From contig CAVXTH010000003.1 of the NCBI GenBank assembly GCA_963764625.1, positions 1 through 64,000 of the forward strand: DNA of 64,000 nucleotides. The letters are read 5' to 3'. The DNA is from Candidatus Krumholzibacteriota bacterium (lineage in GTDB: Bacteria > Krumholzibacteriota > Krumholzibacteriia > JAJRXK01). The notes under the pieces were generated by a model, which worked only from the letters and a program-made list of their open reading frames with translations, had not been told where the DNA came from and did not search any database. The position numbers and the translations under genes were made by a program. Below, in pieces: positions 34,478 through 43,409 of this stretch (position 1 is the stretch's first letter; the number at the start of each line of letters is the position of its first letter).

Positions 34478-37400
34478 TCAGGCGTTGAAATAGCGCGCCG
34501 CGGGGTGATGGAACACCATTGCGGATACACTCGCCTCGGGGCTCATCATAAAGCCCTCGCTCAGTTCCACCCCGATCTCCTCGGGACGAAGCAGGCGAAA
34601 TAACTCGCCCTGCGACTCCAAATCGGGACAAGCCGGGTACCCGAAGCTGTACCGCTTGCCCCGGTACTTGGCCTGGAAGCGCTGCGCCATGGTCATCTCC
34701 TCCGGATCCGGAAAGCCCCACAATGCGCGCAGCTTGCCGTGCAACCACTCCGCCGCCGCCTCGGCCGTTTCCAGCGCCAGCGCGGCCAACACGTGACTTC
34801 GCAGGTATTCCCCCGCCTCCTTCAGGGCCGCGCTCTCATTCAGGATTCCCGCCCCCGCCGTCACCACGAAAAGGGCCACATGGTCGCGACGCCCCTCGCG
34901 CGGCGCAAGGACGAAGTCGGCCAGGCAGAGTCCCTCCCCCGTCCTTTGCCGTGGGAATTGCCAGCTGGCCAGAGCTTCCCCACTGCCGGTGCGCTCCTGA
35001 GCAAAGAGGCGGATCTCCTCACCGCTTGCCTCCGCGGAAAAGAACTGCCACACCGCCTGCACTCGCATGCTTCCCTCGCGGCACTCCTCCTGGACCGCGT
35101 GCACGACTTCCTCGAGCTTGCGCGCTTTCCCATCCCCCGCATCCCGCTTCCTCGTAAAATTGCCTATGAAGCCGAGGTGCTTGCCGTACAGCATCTGCGG
35201 ATTGAGGTAGGACCAGATCTCGTCCAGATCCTCTGAGCTCTCCAGGTGGCGGTCCAGGTCGGGAACTTCGGGGGTAGCGTCCAGAGCGAACACGCTCCTG
35301 TCGCGCGGCGCCGGTTTCGCCGCGGCGGAAGCCTCGTCGCTCGCATCGCTCTCGCCGCGGGCGGCGCGAAACGCCTTCGCCCTCTCCTCCTGTTCCGCCA
35401 GCACCGGACCGGGGCCCTGTTGGCCCAAGGCCCGTTGGAAAAGATCGAGCCCTCCCATCGCATCCTTGGCGTAGAGCGTGGGGCCGGAATAGGCGGGCGC
35501 GATCCGCTCGCGCGTGAAGCGCGAGGAAAGCGCAGCACCGCCCACGAACAGCGGCAGATCGATTCCCGCCTCCTTCAGATCTTGCGCGGTCACCACCATC
35601 TGCTGGGCGCTCTTCACCAACAGTCCCGAAAGTCCGATGGCCGCCGGCTTCTCGCGTTGCACCGCCTGGACCAGGGTTTCCGGAGCCACCTTGATGCCCA
35701 GATTCACCACCTGAAAACCATTGTTGCTCAGGATGATGTCCACCAGGTTCTTCCCGATGTCGTGAACGTCTCCCTTCACCGTGGCCAAGAGCACCTTGCC
35801 GCGGCTAGCGCTGTCCTTCTTCTCCATGAACTGCTCGAGGTGCGTGACCGCGGCTTTCATGGCCTCGGCGCTCTGCAACACCTCGGCCACGATCAACTGA
35901 TTGTCGTTGAAGAGACGTCCGACTTCCGCCATCCCGTCCATCAGGGGACCGTTGATGATGTCGAGCGGCTTGCTCTCCTTGCGCTTCAACTCCAGATCGG
36001 CGACGAGTCCCTCCTTGCTTCCCTCGATGATGTAGCGCTGCAGTCGCTCATCGAGCGGCAGCTCGGCGGAGGGAACGCGGCTGCGGCTCTTGGCGCCCCT
36101 GAAGTGAGCCGCGAACGCGGCCACCGGATCTTCGGTGCGGTTGAATAGCAGATCCTCGGCCAGCTCCAGCTCCTCTTGCGGAATGGAGGCATATCGCTCG
36201 AGTTTCTGAGAGTTCACGATGGCCAGGTCGAGACCGGCCTTCGTGCAGTGGTACAGGAACACCGCGTTGAGAACTTCCCTTCCTGCGGTGGGAAGCCCGA
36301 AGCTCACGTTGCTGATCCCCAGGATGGTCCGGCAGTGTGGGAACGCCTCCTTGATGAGACGCAATCCCTCCACCGTTTCGCGCGCGCTCCCCACGTACGA
36401 CTCGTCGCCCGTGCCACAGGGAAAGGTCAGAGGATCGAAAATGATGTCTTCGTCGCGTAGACCGTATTTTTGCGTGAGCAGTTCGCGGCTGCGCCGCGCG
36501 ATCTCCAGTTTCCGCTGACGCGTGACCGCCATCCCCTGCTCGGGATCTTCGTCGATGCAGCCGACCACCACCGCGGCGCCATACCGGTGCACTAAGGGCA
36601 GCACCTGTTCGAAGCGGCTCTCCCCGTCCTCGAGATTGATCGAGTTGAGGATGGATTTCCCCTGACAGTAGGGCAGTGCGATCTCGAAGACTTCCCGGTC
36701 GGTGCTGTCGATCATCAGGGGAAGCTTCACTCTCTTGATGACCTCTTCGAGAAAGGCTCTCATGTTCTGGCGTTCGTCGGCGTCGGGATCCGCCAGACAG
36801 ATATCGAGAATTTGGGCTCCCGCCTTGGCCTGCGCGCGCGCGATTTCGCTCGCCTCTTCGAATTTTCCCTCGGCGATGAGCCGCTTGAAGCGCCGACTTC
36901 CGATGACGTTCGTTCTCTCTCCCACGAGCAGAGGACGGTTGTCCGCGGTGGACTCCACCAGATCGATTCCAGAGTAGAGGGCGCGGGAATGTTCGGGCAC
37001 TCTACGGGGCGTCTTCCCGGAGACCATCTTCGCGATGGCCTCGATGTGCTCCGGAGTGGTTCCGCAGCATCCCCCCACCAGATTCACCCAACCCTCTGCC
37101 ACGAAGCGACTCAGCTCGTGGGCCATCAGGCTCGGACTCTCGGGGTAGTTCCCATCGGTGTCGGGCAGACCAGCGTTGGGGTGCACACTGACGCGCGTGC
37201 GTGCGATCTCGCTCATCGAACGGAGAGAATCGGTCATGAACGTCGGTCCGGTGGCACAGTTCAGGCCGATGGCCAAAAGGTCGAAGTGCGCCATGGAGGC
37301 CACGAAGGCCTCCGCGGTCTGGCCGGCCAACATGGTCCCGGTGGCTTCGATGGTTCCCGAGAGAATGATCGGGAGCTCGATCCCGCTCTTTCCGAAGGCC

Positions 37401-37948
37401 CTTTGTGCGCCCAGAATCGCCGCTTTCGCATTGCGCGAGTCCTGTTGCGTCTCCACCAGCAGAAGGTCGGCTCCTCCTTCGATCAATCCCATCGCCTGCT
37501 CGAAGAAGTGGTCGAGCAACTCCTGGAAGGTCACGCCGCCGGTGACGCTGATGGCCTTGGTGGTGGGCCCCATGCTGCCCGCGACGAAGCGTGGGCCGGT
37601 GGAGAAAAACTCCTCGCAGGCCTGTCGTGCGAGTTGCGCCGCTTTCTGGTTCAGCTCGCGACAGCGCTCGGCGAGGCCGTACTCGGCCAGGACCAACGGC
37701 GTGCCCCCGAAGGTGTCGGTCTCGACGATGTCCGCGCCGGCGCGCAGGTACCCGCGATGGATGTCCAGAATGAGGTCGGGGCGGGTGTCGACCAGGATTT
37801 CGGGACAGCCTTCCTGTGCCGGCCCACCGTAGTCGTCTTCGTTCAGCTCGGCGGCTTGGATGGCGGTGCCCATGGCACCATCGAGTACGAGGATTCTCTC
37901 ATCGAGCAGGCGCTTCAAGAGGGGGGTAGATTCACGGAACTTCACCAC
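34478..37948 (-). CDS. metH: Cobalamin-dependent methionine synthase
   Basis: DGAMGT, GLNCATG, GGCCGT, GERTN, B12-binding ATVKGDVHDIGKN and activation-domain RYSFGYPACPD. Confidence 0.97.
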   Translation of the reverse strand: MVKFRESTPLLKRLLDERILVLDGAMGTAIQAAELNEDDYGGPAQEGCPEILVDTRPDLILDIHRGYLRAGADIVETDTFGGTPLVLAEYGLAERCRELNQKAAQLARQACEEFFSTGPRFVAGSMGPTTKAISVTGGVTFQELLDHFFEQAMGLIEGGADLLLVETQQDSRNAKAAILGAQRAFGKSGIELPIILSGTIEATGTMLAGQTAEAFVASMAHFDLLAIGLNCATGPTFMTDSLRSMSEIARTRVSVHPNAGLPDTDGNYPESPSLMAHELSRFVAEGWVNLVGGCCGTTPEHIEAIAKMVSGKTPRRVPEHSRALYSGIDLVESTADNRPLLVGERTNVIGSRRFKRLIAEGKFEEASEIARAQAKAGAQILDICLADPDADERQNMRAFLEEVIKRVKLPLMIDSTDREVFEIALPYCQGKSILNSINLEDGESRFEQVLPLVHRYGAAVVVGCIDEDPEQGMAVTRQRKLEIARRSRELLTQKYGLRDEDIIFDPLTFPCGTGDESYVGSARETVEGLRLIKEAFPHCRTILGISNVSFGLPTAGREVLNAVFLYHCTKAGLDLAIVNSQKLERYASIPQEELELAEDLLFNRTEDPVAAFAAHFRGAKSRSRVPSAELPLDERLQRYIIEGSKEGLVADLELKRKESKPLDIINGPLMDGMAEVGRLFNDNQLIVAEVLQSAEAMKAAVTHLEQFMEKKDSASRGKVLLATVKGDVHDIGKNLVDIILSNNGFQVVNLGIKVAPETLVQAVQREKPAAIGLSGLLVKSAQQMVVTAQDLKEAGIDLPLFVGGAALSSRFTRERIAPAYSGPTLYAKDAMGGLDLFQRALGQQGPGPVLAEQEERAKAFRAARGESDASDEASAAAKPAPRDRSVFALDATPEVPDLDRHLESSEDLDEIWSYLNPQMLYGKHLGFIGNFTRKRDAGDGKARKLEEVVHAVQEECREGSMRVQAVWQFFSAEASGEEIRLFAQERTGSGEALASWQFPRQRTGEGLCLADFVLAPREGRRDHVALFVVTAGAGILNESAALKEAGEYLRSHVLAALALETAEAAAEWLHGKLRALWGFPDPEEMTMAQRFQAKYRGKRYSFGYPACPDLESQGELFRLLRPEEIGVELSEGFMMSPEASVSAMVFHHPAARYFNA

Positions 37949-38001
37949 GACCTTCCGGCTGATGTTCTGGGCGGCTCAGAGCGAATCGACGGGCGCCGGT
38001 A

Positions 38002-38061
38002 CCATCTGCGAGTCAGCGGGCGCCATCTGCGAGTCAGGGGCGCGGTGCCATCGGCGAGTCA
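38002..38061. repeat. Three copies of CCATC(T/G)GCGAGTCA
   Basis: Copies at 38002-38015, 38023-38036 and 38048-38061. Confidence 0.85.
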
Positions 38062-38826
38062 CCAGTCTTCACCGCACCGCTTTCGGAGAGCAGGAACTGG
38101 TAGAGCTGCCCGACGGCGCACGCGTTGGCCCGCTTGAGGGCGGCCGGGAGGAAACGTTCCGCCAGCTTCTTGTCGTCCCTGGCGGAAATGGAGATCGAAA
38201 CCTTTTTCTGCTCCGAACCGGTGCAAGTCGTGCTCCAGACCAGCTCGTCGGTCTTCTGGTCCCGAAGTTCGAGGTGGAGCTCGACGATGCCTTCGGTCTC
38301 CGTCGGCAGCGGAATGAAGGTTCCCAGCACGACTCCCACCAGGCCCACCTTGATCCCGTGGCCCACGTCAGCTCCGGCCCCGGCCGCGAAGCCGATGCCG
38401 ATGCCCGCCAGAATCGGTACCGCGAACTGCTTTCCACTGCGCTTGAGCTTCGTCGTCATGCTCAAGACCTGCGTGTGCAGCAGGAAGTCGGCGTTCTCCG
38501 GGTTCTGCACCAAACGCGCCACGCGCGTGCTCAAGATATCCTGCATCAGCGCCCGTCGCACTACGCTGACGATGGGAACGTCGAGCCGGTCGTCGGCCGG
38601 AAATCGCAAACTGACAAAGGCTCCCTTGCCCTCGCGCTCCTTCTGGGAGCGCAAATCGGCCGGTTGCGCCACGTAGAGCGAGGTCGCCGGCCGCTCCTCG
38701 AAGATGTTGGCCGACTCCTTGGGGTAGCGAAGGACGACGGTATAGCGCGCGCACCCGGCCAGTCCGGCCACGATCAAGATGAGCCCGAAGAGAGCTAACG
38801 GTGGATTTCCAATTCAATGGACTCAT
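38034..38826 (-). CDS. Hypothetical lipoprotein (YajG-like); probable frameshift near 38795
   Basis: Lipobox LAGC after ALFGLILIVAG. The ATG at 38826 (MSPLNWKSTV) is in another frame. Internal Gly-rich hydrophobic hairpin. Confidence 0.65.
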
Positions 38827-38863
38827 CCCTTCCGGCCCGCGCGTTCGAAGTACGGTGTCCTCC

Positions 38864-39613
38864 TCAGAGCTCCAGCGTCATGCCATCGGAAGCCAGGACG
38901 ACTTCACCATCGTAGTGATTGCGCACCTCCCGCTCGACCACCGCTGGATCCGTGCGCGGATAGAGGTGTGTGATCACGAGCTTGTCCACCTGCGCCGCGC
39001 GAGCGATTTGTCCCAGGCGACTGGGCGCCATGTGGGCCGCCTCCGCCATCGCGTCGGTGAACGAGCACTCGGAGATCAAGATATTGGCTCCCTTGGCCAG
39101 ATTCAAGAGGCCCTCCCCGCGCTCGGTGTCGCCGGTGTACACCACGCTCTTTCCCTCGCTGTCCACGCGATAGCCCAAATTGGCCATGCTGCCGTGATCG
39201 AGGAAGGCGGTGCTGATCTTGGCCCCCCCCTCTTCGAACTCGCATTCCTCCGCTTCCCGCAGGTGAAGCGGGTAGGAAGGATCGAGCCATTTCCAGCCGC
39301 GCCGCAGATTCTCCAACAGGTTCGAAAGCCCTTCGGGAGCCGTAATGTGGAGAGGCTCGGTGCGCGCGGGCTGGGGCGCGTAGCGCAACGCGAAGAGCAG
39401 AGGAACGAGATCGCAGCAGTGGTCGGGATGCAAATGGGTCAGATGGAGGTACTTCAGGGCCAGGGGATCCAGCCCCGCTTCCGCGTAGCGATTGAGCACT
39501 CCCCGTCCCAGGTCGAATCCCAGGAGTTCGCCCTGCGTTTCCACCGCCAGACCGGCCGACGCTTGATGAGCGACCGGGTGGAGAGTTCCCGTACCGAGAA
39601 TGATGATCTTCAC
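38864..39613 (-). CDS. MBL-fold metallo-hydrolase (RNase Z/BN-like)
   Basis: IILGTG, THLHPDH, VYTGDT, ECSF, H...LG and LVITHLYP motifs. Confidence 0.9.
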   Translation of the reverse strand: MKIIILGTGTLHPVAHQASAGLAVETQGELLGFDLGRGVLNRYAEAGLDPLALKYLHLTHLHPDHCCDLVPLLFALRYAPQPARTEPLHITAPEGLSNLLENLRRGWKWLDPSYPLHLREAEECEFEEGGAKISTAFLDHGSMANLGYRVDSEGKSVVYTGDTERGEGLLNLAKGANILISECSFTDAMAEAAHMAPSRLGQIARAAQVDKLVITHLYPRTDPAVVEREVRNHYDGEVVLASDGMTLEL

Positions 39614-39725
39614 TTCGATGGTCCTTTCGCATTGACGGGGCGGATCGCGATTTCCGCTCCCACTTGAATCCCCAGAGTCTCTGCCGCGCTCGTGTTTCGC
39701 AACGTGAAATCGTAGCTGAAGGCGA

Positions 39726-41744
39726 TCATCCCCCATCACCTACCGGCCGGCCCACGAAACGAATGAGCGCGGCCACCGCCGCGATCGCCAGTGGCAAGCT
39801 AATCCACGGACTGATACTGAAGCCGGCGGGCAGAGTCCCCAAAAGGATCGTGAGTCCGCCCGCGCTCAGCGCGTAAGGAAGCTGCGTGCGCACATGATCG
39901 ATGTGATCACTGCCCGATGCCATCGAAGACATGATCGTGGTATCGCTGATCGGCGAACAGTGATCTCCCCACACCGACCCACCCAGGACGGCGGCGATGC
40001 TCGCCACCAGGATCCCCTGCGCGTGCGGCGCCGGCAGATGGGCCAGCTCGGGCAAACGGTGCGCCAGGGGAATGACGATCGGCATCAGGATCGCCATCGA
40101 AGCCCATGAGGTGCCGGTGGAGAACGCGATGAACGCGGCCACCGCGAAGGTGACGCTGGGGAGCAGCTGCGCCGGGAGATTTCCGGTGGTCCAGTCCACC
40201 ACCACCGGACCCGTTCCCAGTTCGGAGCACACGTCTTTGATCGACCAGGCGAGCACGAGGATGATGAGCGCCGCCATCATCGCCTTGCACCCTCCCACCC
40301 ACGCATCGACCGCGCGATGCAGGCTCAGGCTGCGCCCGCCGACCGCCAGCCCGATGGCGGTGATGGAGCCCGCGATCGCGGCCCAGAACAGGGCGCGCGC
40401 CGGGTCCGCGTGCGAAAAGAACTCGCGCAGCGGCATCTCGGCCAATCCCGCCACGCCTAGCTGGGCGATCAACTGCTGCCTTCCGTCCCAGAACAGTCCC
40501 ACCAGCGAGGCCAGCAGCAAGACGAGCACGGGAACCACCGCTCGATGCGCCCGTGAATTGGGCGCGTCGTTTTCGTTGAGCTGCTCCGCCACCTCATCCA
40601 TCAGCGGACTCGCGCCCTCGCGCACCACCTGGCCCAAGTGCCGAGCGCGGCGTTCCGCTTTCAGCATGGGACCGAAGTCGCGGTCCATGAGAGCCACCAG
40701 AAGCACGAACGCGATGGCCAGCCAGGAATAGGTGGAGTAGGGAATGCTTTGGATGAAGATCGCGTAGGCCGATCCTCCGTCGCTCCCGATCTCCTGCAAG
40801 CCCTCCCGGATGAGACTCACCTGATAGCCCACCCAGGTCGAAATCAGTGCCACCGTGGTCACTGGCGCGGCGGTCGAGTCCACGATGTAGGAGAGTTTCT
40901 CGCGGCTGACCCGCATGCGATCGGTGATCGGGCGCATGGTGTTTCCCACCACGAGGGTATTCGTGTAGTCGTCGAAGAAGATGAGGAGCCCCAAGAACCA
41001 GCTCATGACCTGAGCGCTCTTTACTCCGCGGATGAGATGGCTCACCCGATCGACCACTCCCTGCGTCCCGCCGCTGCGGGCCATCACTCCGACCATGCCC
41101 CCCATACTCGCGGTGAACAGGATGATGGTCGCCTGGAAGGGGTCCGCGAGTGCGCCCACGATGTAGACGTCCAGGGTGTGCAGAAGGCCCAGGAACGGAC
41201 TGCCCACCAGGATCCACGCGCCCACCCAGATTCCCGCCGCCAGGGCCAGGACCACCTGGCGGAAGATGAGCGCCAGCACGATCGCCAAAAGCGGGGGCAC
41301 CACCACCATCCACTGGGGCGCCGCCTTCAGACTGCCCTGAACCTGCTCTCCGTCGCCAAGGCGCAGCGTGAACCCACCGTGCCCTTTCACCACGAGCACA
41401 TCGTTCAGCGACACCACGCCCGCGCCGTCGGTGGTGAGGGTCCAGTTCGAATCCGCTTCTGATCCGCTCCAGTCCCCGTGGGGGGTGATCTTGACTGTCC
41501 GGTGCACGAGGGGGCGGGCGTGATCGTCGGAGAGAACGAGACGCGCCGTGCCGGTGCGTCCGTGGAGGATCTTCGTCTCGCTCTCCACTCTCAGGTGCAG
41601 ACCGGCGGCTGCCAGTTCCGGACGTGTCGAATCGGCGGGGCTGGTGGTGGCGTCCGCCTCGCGCGCCGCCAAGCAGAGGAGAAGTCCCACTCCCAGCAGC
41701 GTCCGGGTACGAGAAAGCCACGAGGCGAACTGCGGGGAGAACAC
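39726..41744 (-). CDS. NhaC-family Na+/H+ antiporter or amino-acid transporter with an N-terminal extracytoplasmic domain
   Basis: IFFDDY, SREKLSYIVDSTAAP, FSTGTSW, GDHCSPISDTTIMSS and HV.TQLPYA motifs. Confidence 0.92.
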   Translation of the reverse strand: MFSPQFASWLSRTRTLLGVGLLLCLAAREADATTSPADSTRPELAAAGLHLRVESETKILHGRTGTARLVLSDDHARPLVHRTVKITPHGDWSGSEADSNWTLTTDGAGVVSLNDVLVVKGHGGFTLRLGDGEQVQGSLKAAPQWMVVVPPLLAIVLALIFRQVVLALAAGIWVGAWILVGSPFLGLLHTLDVYIVGALADPFQATIILFTASMGGMVGVMARSGGTQGVVDRVSHLIRGVKSAQVMSWFLGLLIFFDDYTNTLVVGNTMRPITDRMRVSREKLSYIVDSTAAPVTTVALISTWVGYQVSLIREGLQEIGSDGGSAYAIFIQSIPYSTYSWLAIAFVLLVALMDRDFGPMLKAERRARHLGQVVREGASPLMDEVAEQLNENDAPNSRAHRAVVPVLVLLLASLVGLFWDGRQQLIAQLGVAGLAEMPLREFFSHADPARALFWAAIAGSITAIGLAVGGRSLSLHRAVDAWVGGCKAMMAALIILVLAWSIKDVCSELGTGPVVVDWTTGNLPAQLLPSVTFAVAAFIAFSTGTSWASMAILMPIVIPLAHRLPELAHLPAPHAQGILVASIAAVLGGSVWGDHCSPISDTTIMSSMASGSDHIDHVRTQLPYALSAGGLTILLGTLPAGFSISPWISLPLAIAAVAALIRFVGRPVGDGG

Positions 41745-41838
41745 GGTGGTCTAGAACTCCAACGGGGGGCCGAGGGACTCGGCTTCAGGGAAGCGCTCCA
41801 AGTCCTTGACAATACGAGAGCTTAATCATTGCTGCGGA

Positions 41839-41866
41839 AGTGTAGCGGAGTGGCCGGACGGGTCAA
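41839..41866 (-). promoter_or_regulatory. Sigma70-type promoter for the NhaC gene
   Basis: Minus strand TTGACC-N16-TACACT. Confidence 0.55.
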
Positions 41867-41889
41867 GTCTCAGCTTCTCAGGCCTTAGC

Positions 41890-42786
41890 TCAAGTCTTCT
41901 GGCTGTCTTCGTCGCGCGCGGGCGTCAGCGGAACCGCGCCTTCGAAGGGCTCGCCCAGAGGCCAGTGTTCGGGCTGCTGATGGGCATCGTGAAGCATCGC
42001 CAAAAGCTGGGGATGCAGCGCCGGGCCCGCGGCCGCGATCCGCCCCGACCACAGAAAGTGGGGTCCGCCCTCATAGTCGCTGACCTGCGCCCCCGCTTCC
42101 GTCGCGATCAGGGTCCCCGCCGCCACGTCCCACGGCTTGAGGGTGGCCTCCCAAAAGCCGTCGAGACGACCGGCCGCCAGATAGCAGAGATCCAGGGCCG
42201 CGCTGCCCGCACGACGCACGCCCTGCGCGCGAGCCAGGGCCTCGGCCACGCAGCGGAGATTCATGCGGCAGTCGGACCCGCGCCGGTAGGGAAAGCCGGT
42301 CGCCAGCAGCGCCTCCTTCAAGTTCGAGCACGGGCGGAGGCGGAGAGGACGGGCCTTTCTGCGAGCACTTGGATTCTCTAAAGTCGCTCCCTCACCTTTA
42401 GTTGCAAGAAACAGCTCATCCAAAGCTGGAGCATAGACCACTCCGGCCACCGCCGCTCCCTTCACCCAACCCCCGATGGAAATCGCGTGGAAGGGATGGC
42501 CGTGCACGAAGTTGGTGGTGCCGTCGAGCGGATCCACGTACCAGCAGGCCTTGCCCTCCTCCACCTCGTCGCGCGCCCTTCCCTCCTCGCTGAAGACGGA
42601 CCATTCGGCAAAGCGCGCGCGCAGGGCTTCCACCAGAATCCTCTCGAGCGCCAGGTCGACTTCGGTGACCAGATCCACCGGACCCTTGGTCGACACTTTC
42701 AGGTGCGTGCGCTCCTCCAACAGCTCACGACCCGCCCGCAACACGAGATCCCGCAAGAACGAGCGAAGCTCTGCGCCGCTGCTCAT
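41890..42786 (-). CDS. suhB: Inositol monophosphatase family protein
   Basis: DLVTEVD, WYVDPLDGTTNF.HG, TGFPY, RRAGSAALDL and WDVAAG motifs. Confidence 0.9.
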   Translation of the reverse strand: MSSGAELRSFLRDLVLRAGRELLEERTHLKVSTKGPVDLVTEVDLALERILVEALRARFAEWSVFSEEGRARDEVEEGKACWYVDPLDGTTNFVHGHPFHAISIGGWVKGAAVAGVVYAPALDELFLATKGEGATLENPSARRKARPLRLRPCSNLKEALLATGFPYRRGSDCRMNLRCVAEALARAQGVRRAGSAALDLCYLAAGRLDGFWEATLKPWDVAAGTLIATEAGAQVSDYEGGPHFLWSGRIAAAGPALHPQLLAMLHDAHQQPEHWPLGEPFEGAVPLTPARDEDSQKT

Positions 42787-43367
42787 CCCTTATTCCACCC
42801 TTCGGCGCACAGTTCGAGCAGCACTCCACTCATCAGCTGCGCTTCGAAGGCCGCGAGTCGGCAATCCTCTTGCTCCCAACTGTAAGGCGGAAGGCCTGCT
42901 TTGCGGGCCAAGGCGTTCAAGAATCCGAGTCGATCCAGGCCATGCTCGCGCGCCACCTGGGGCAGCAGCAGGCCACGCCGCCCCCCCAGCTCGATGAGCA
43001 GACCGTGTCGTCCCACCACGACCTCTTCGGGTGCGATCGGTCGGCTCGGGCTGAGAACCGAGAGCTCCACCTCGACTTCCTTCAGGGCACTCGCCTCAAT
43101 CCTCTCGAAGCGCGAGTCCTGCAGCGCCGCGGCGCGCGCCGCGGCCCGCACCGTCTCCCACAGGGCATCCTCGGACTGGACGTATCCGATGCAGCCGGCC
43201 AACACCCCCTTGCGCTTGAGGGTCACGAAGGCGCCTCCCGCCCTCAGCAGAGCCGCATCGGGGCACGGCTCTTCGGCGACCACCTCGTCCAAAAGGCATG
43301 CGGCGCACACCCGTGCGGCCCGACGCAAGAGCAGCCGCATCGATTCCAAGTTCAATGGTGAGTCCAT
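42783..43367 (-). CDS. amrA: AMMECR1-domain protein (AmmeMemoRadiSam system protein A)
   Basis: GAFVTL...L(A)GCIG, AA.QDSRF, ELSVLS, GRHGL, GLLLPQVA and KAGL motifs. Confidence 0.88.
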   Translation of the reverse strand: MDSPLNLESMRLLLRRAARVCAACLLDEVVAEEPCPDAALLRAGGAFVTLKRKGVLAGCIGYVQSEDALWETVRAAARAAALQDSRFERIEASALKEVEVELSVLSPSRPIAPEEVVVGRHGLLIELGGRRGLLLPQVAREHGLDRLGFLNALARKAGLPPYSWEQEDCRLAAFEAQLMSGVLLELCAEGWNKG

Positions 43368-43409
43368 GCGCCAACTCCCCGCTCCGATTTCAACGCCTCG
43401 CGTTTCGAT

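Noticed and set aside
37949-38033. SAM or cobalamin riboswitch upstream of metH
   Set aside because: The gap is only about 85 bp and lacks the conserved riboswitch cores.
41836-41875. tRNA-Ser-like start GGAAGTGTAGCGGAGTGG
   Set aside because: No anticodon arm, T-loop (GTTCGA) or acceptor 3' strand follows. It is better explained as a minus-strand promoter.
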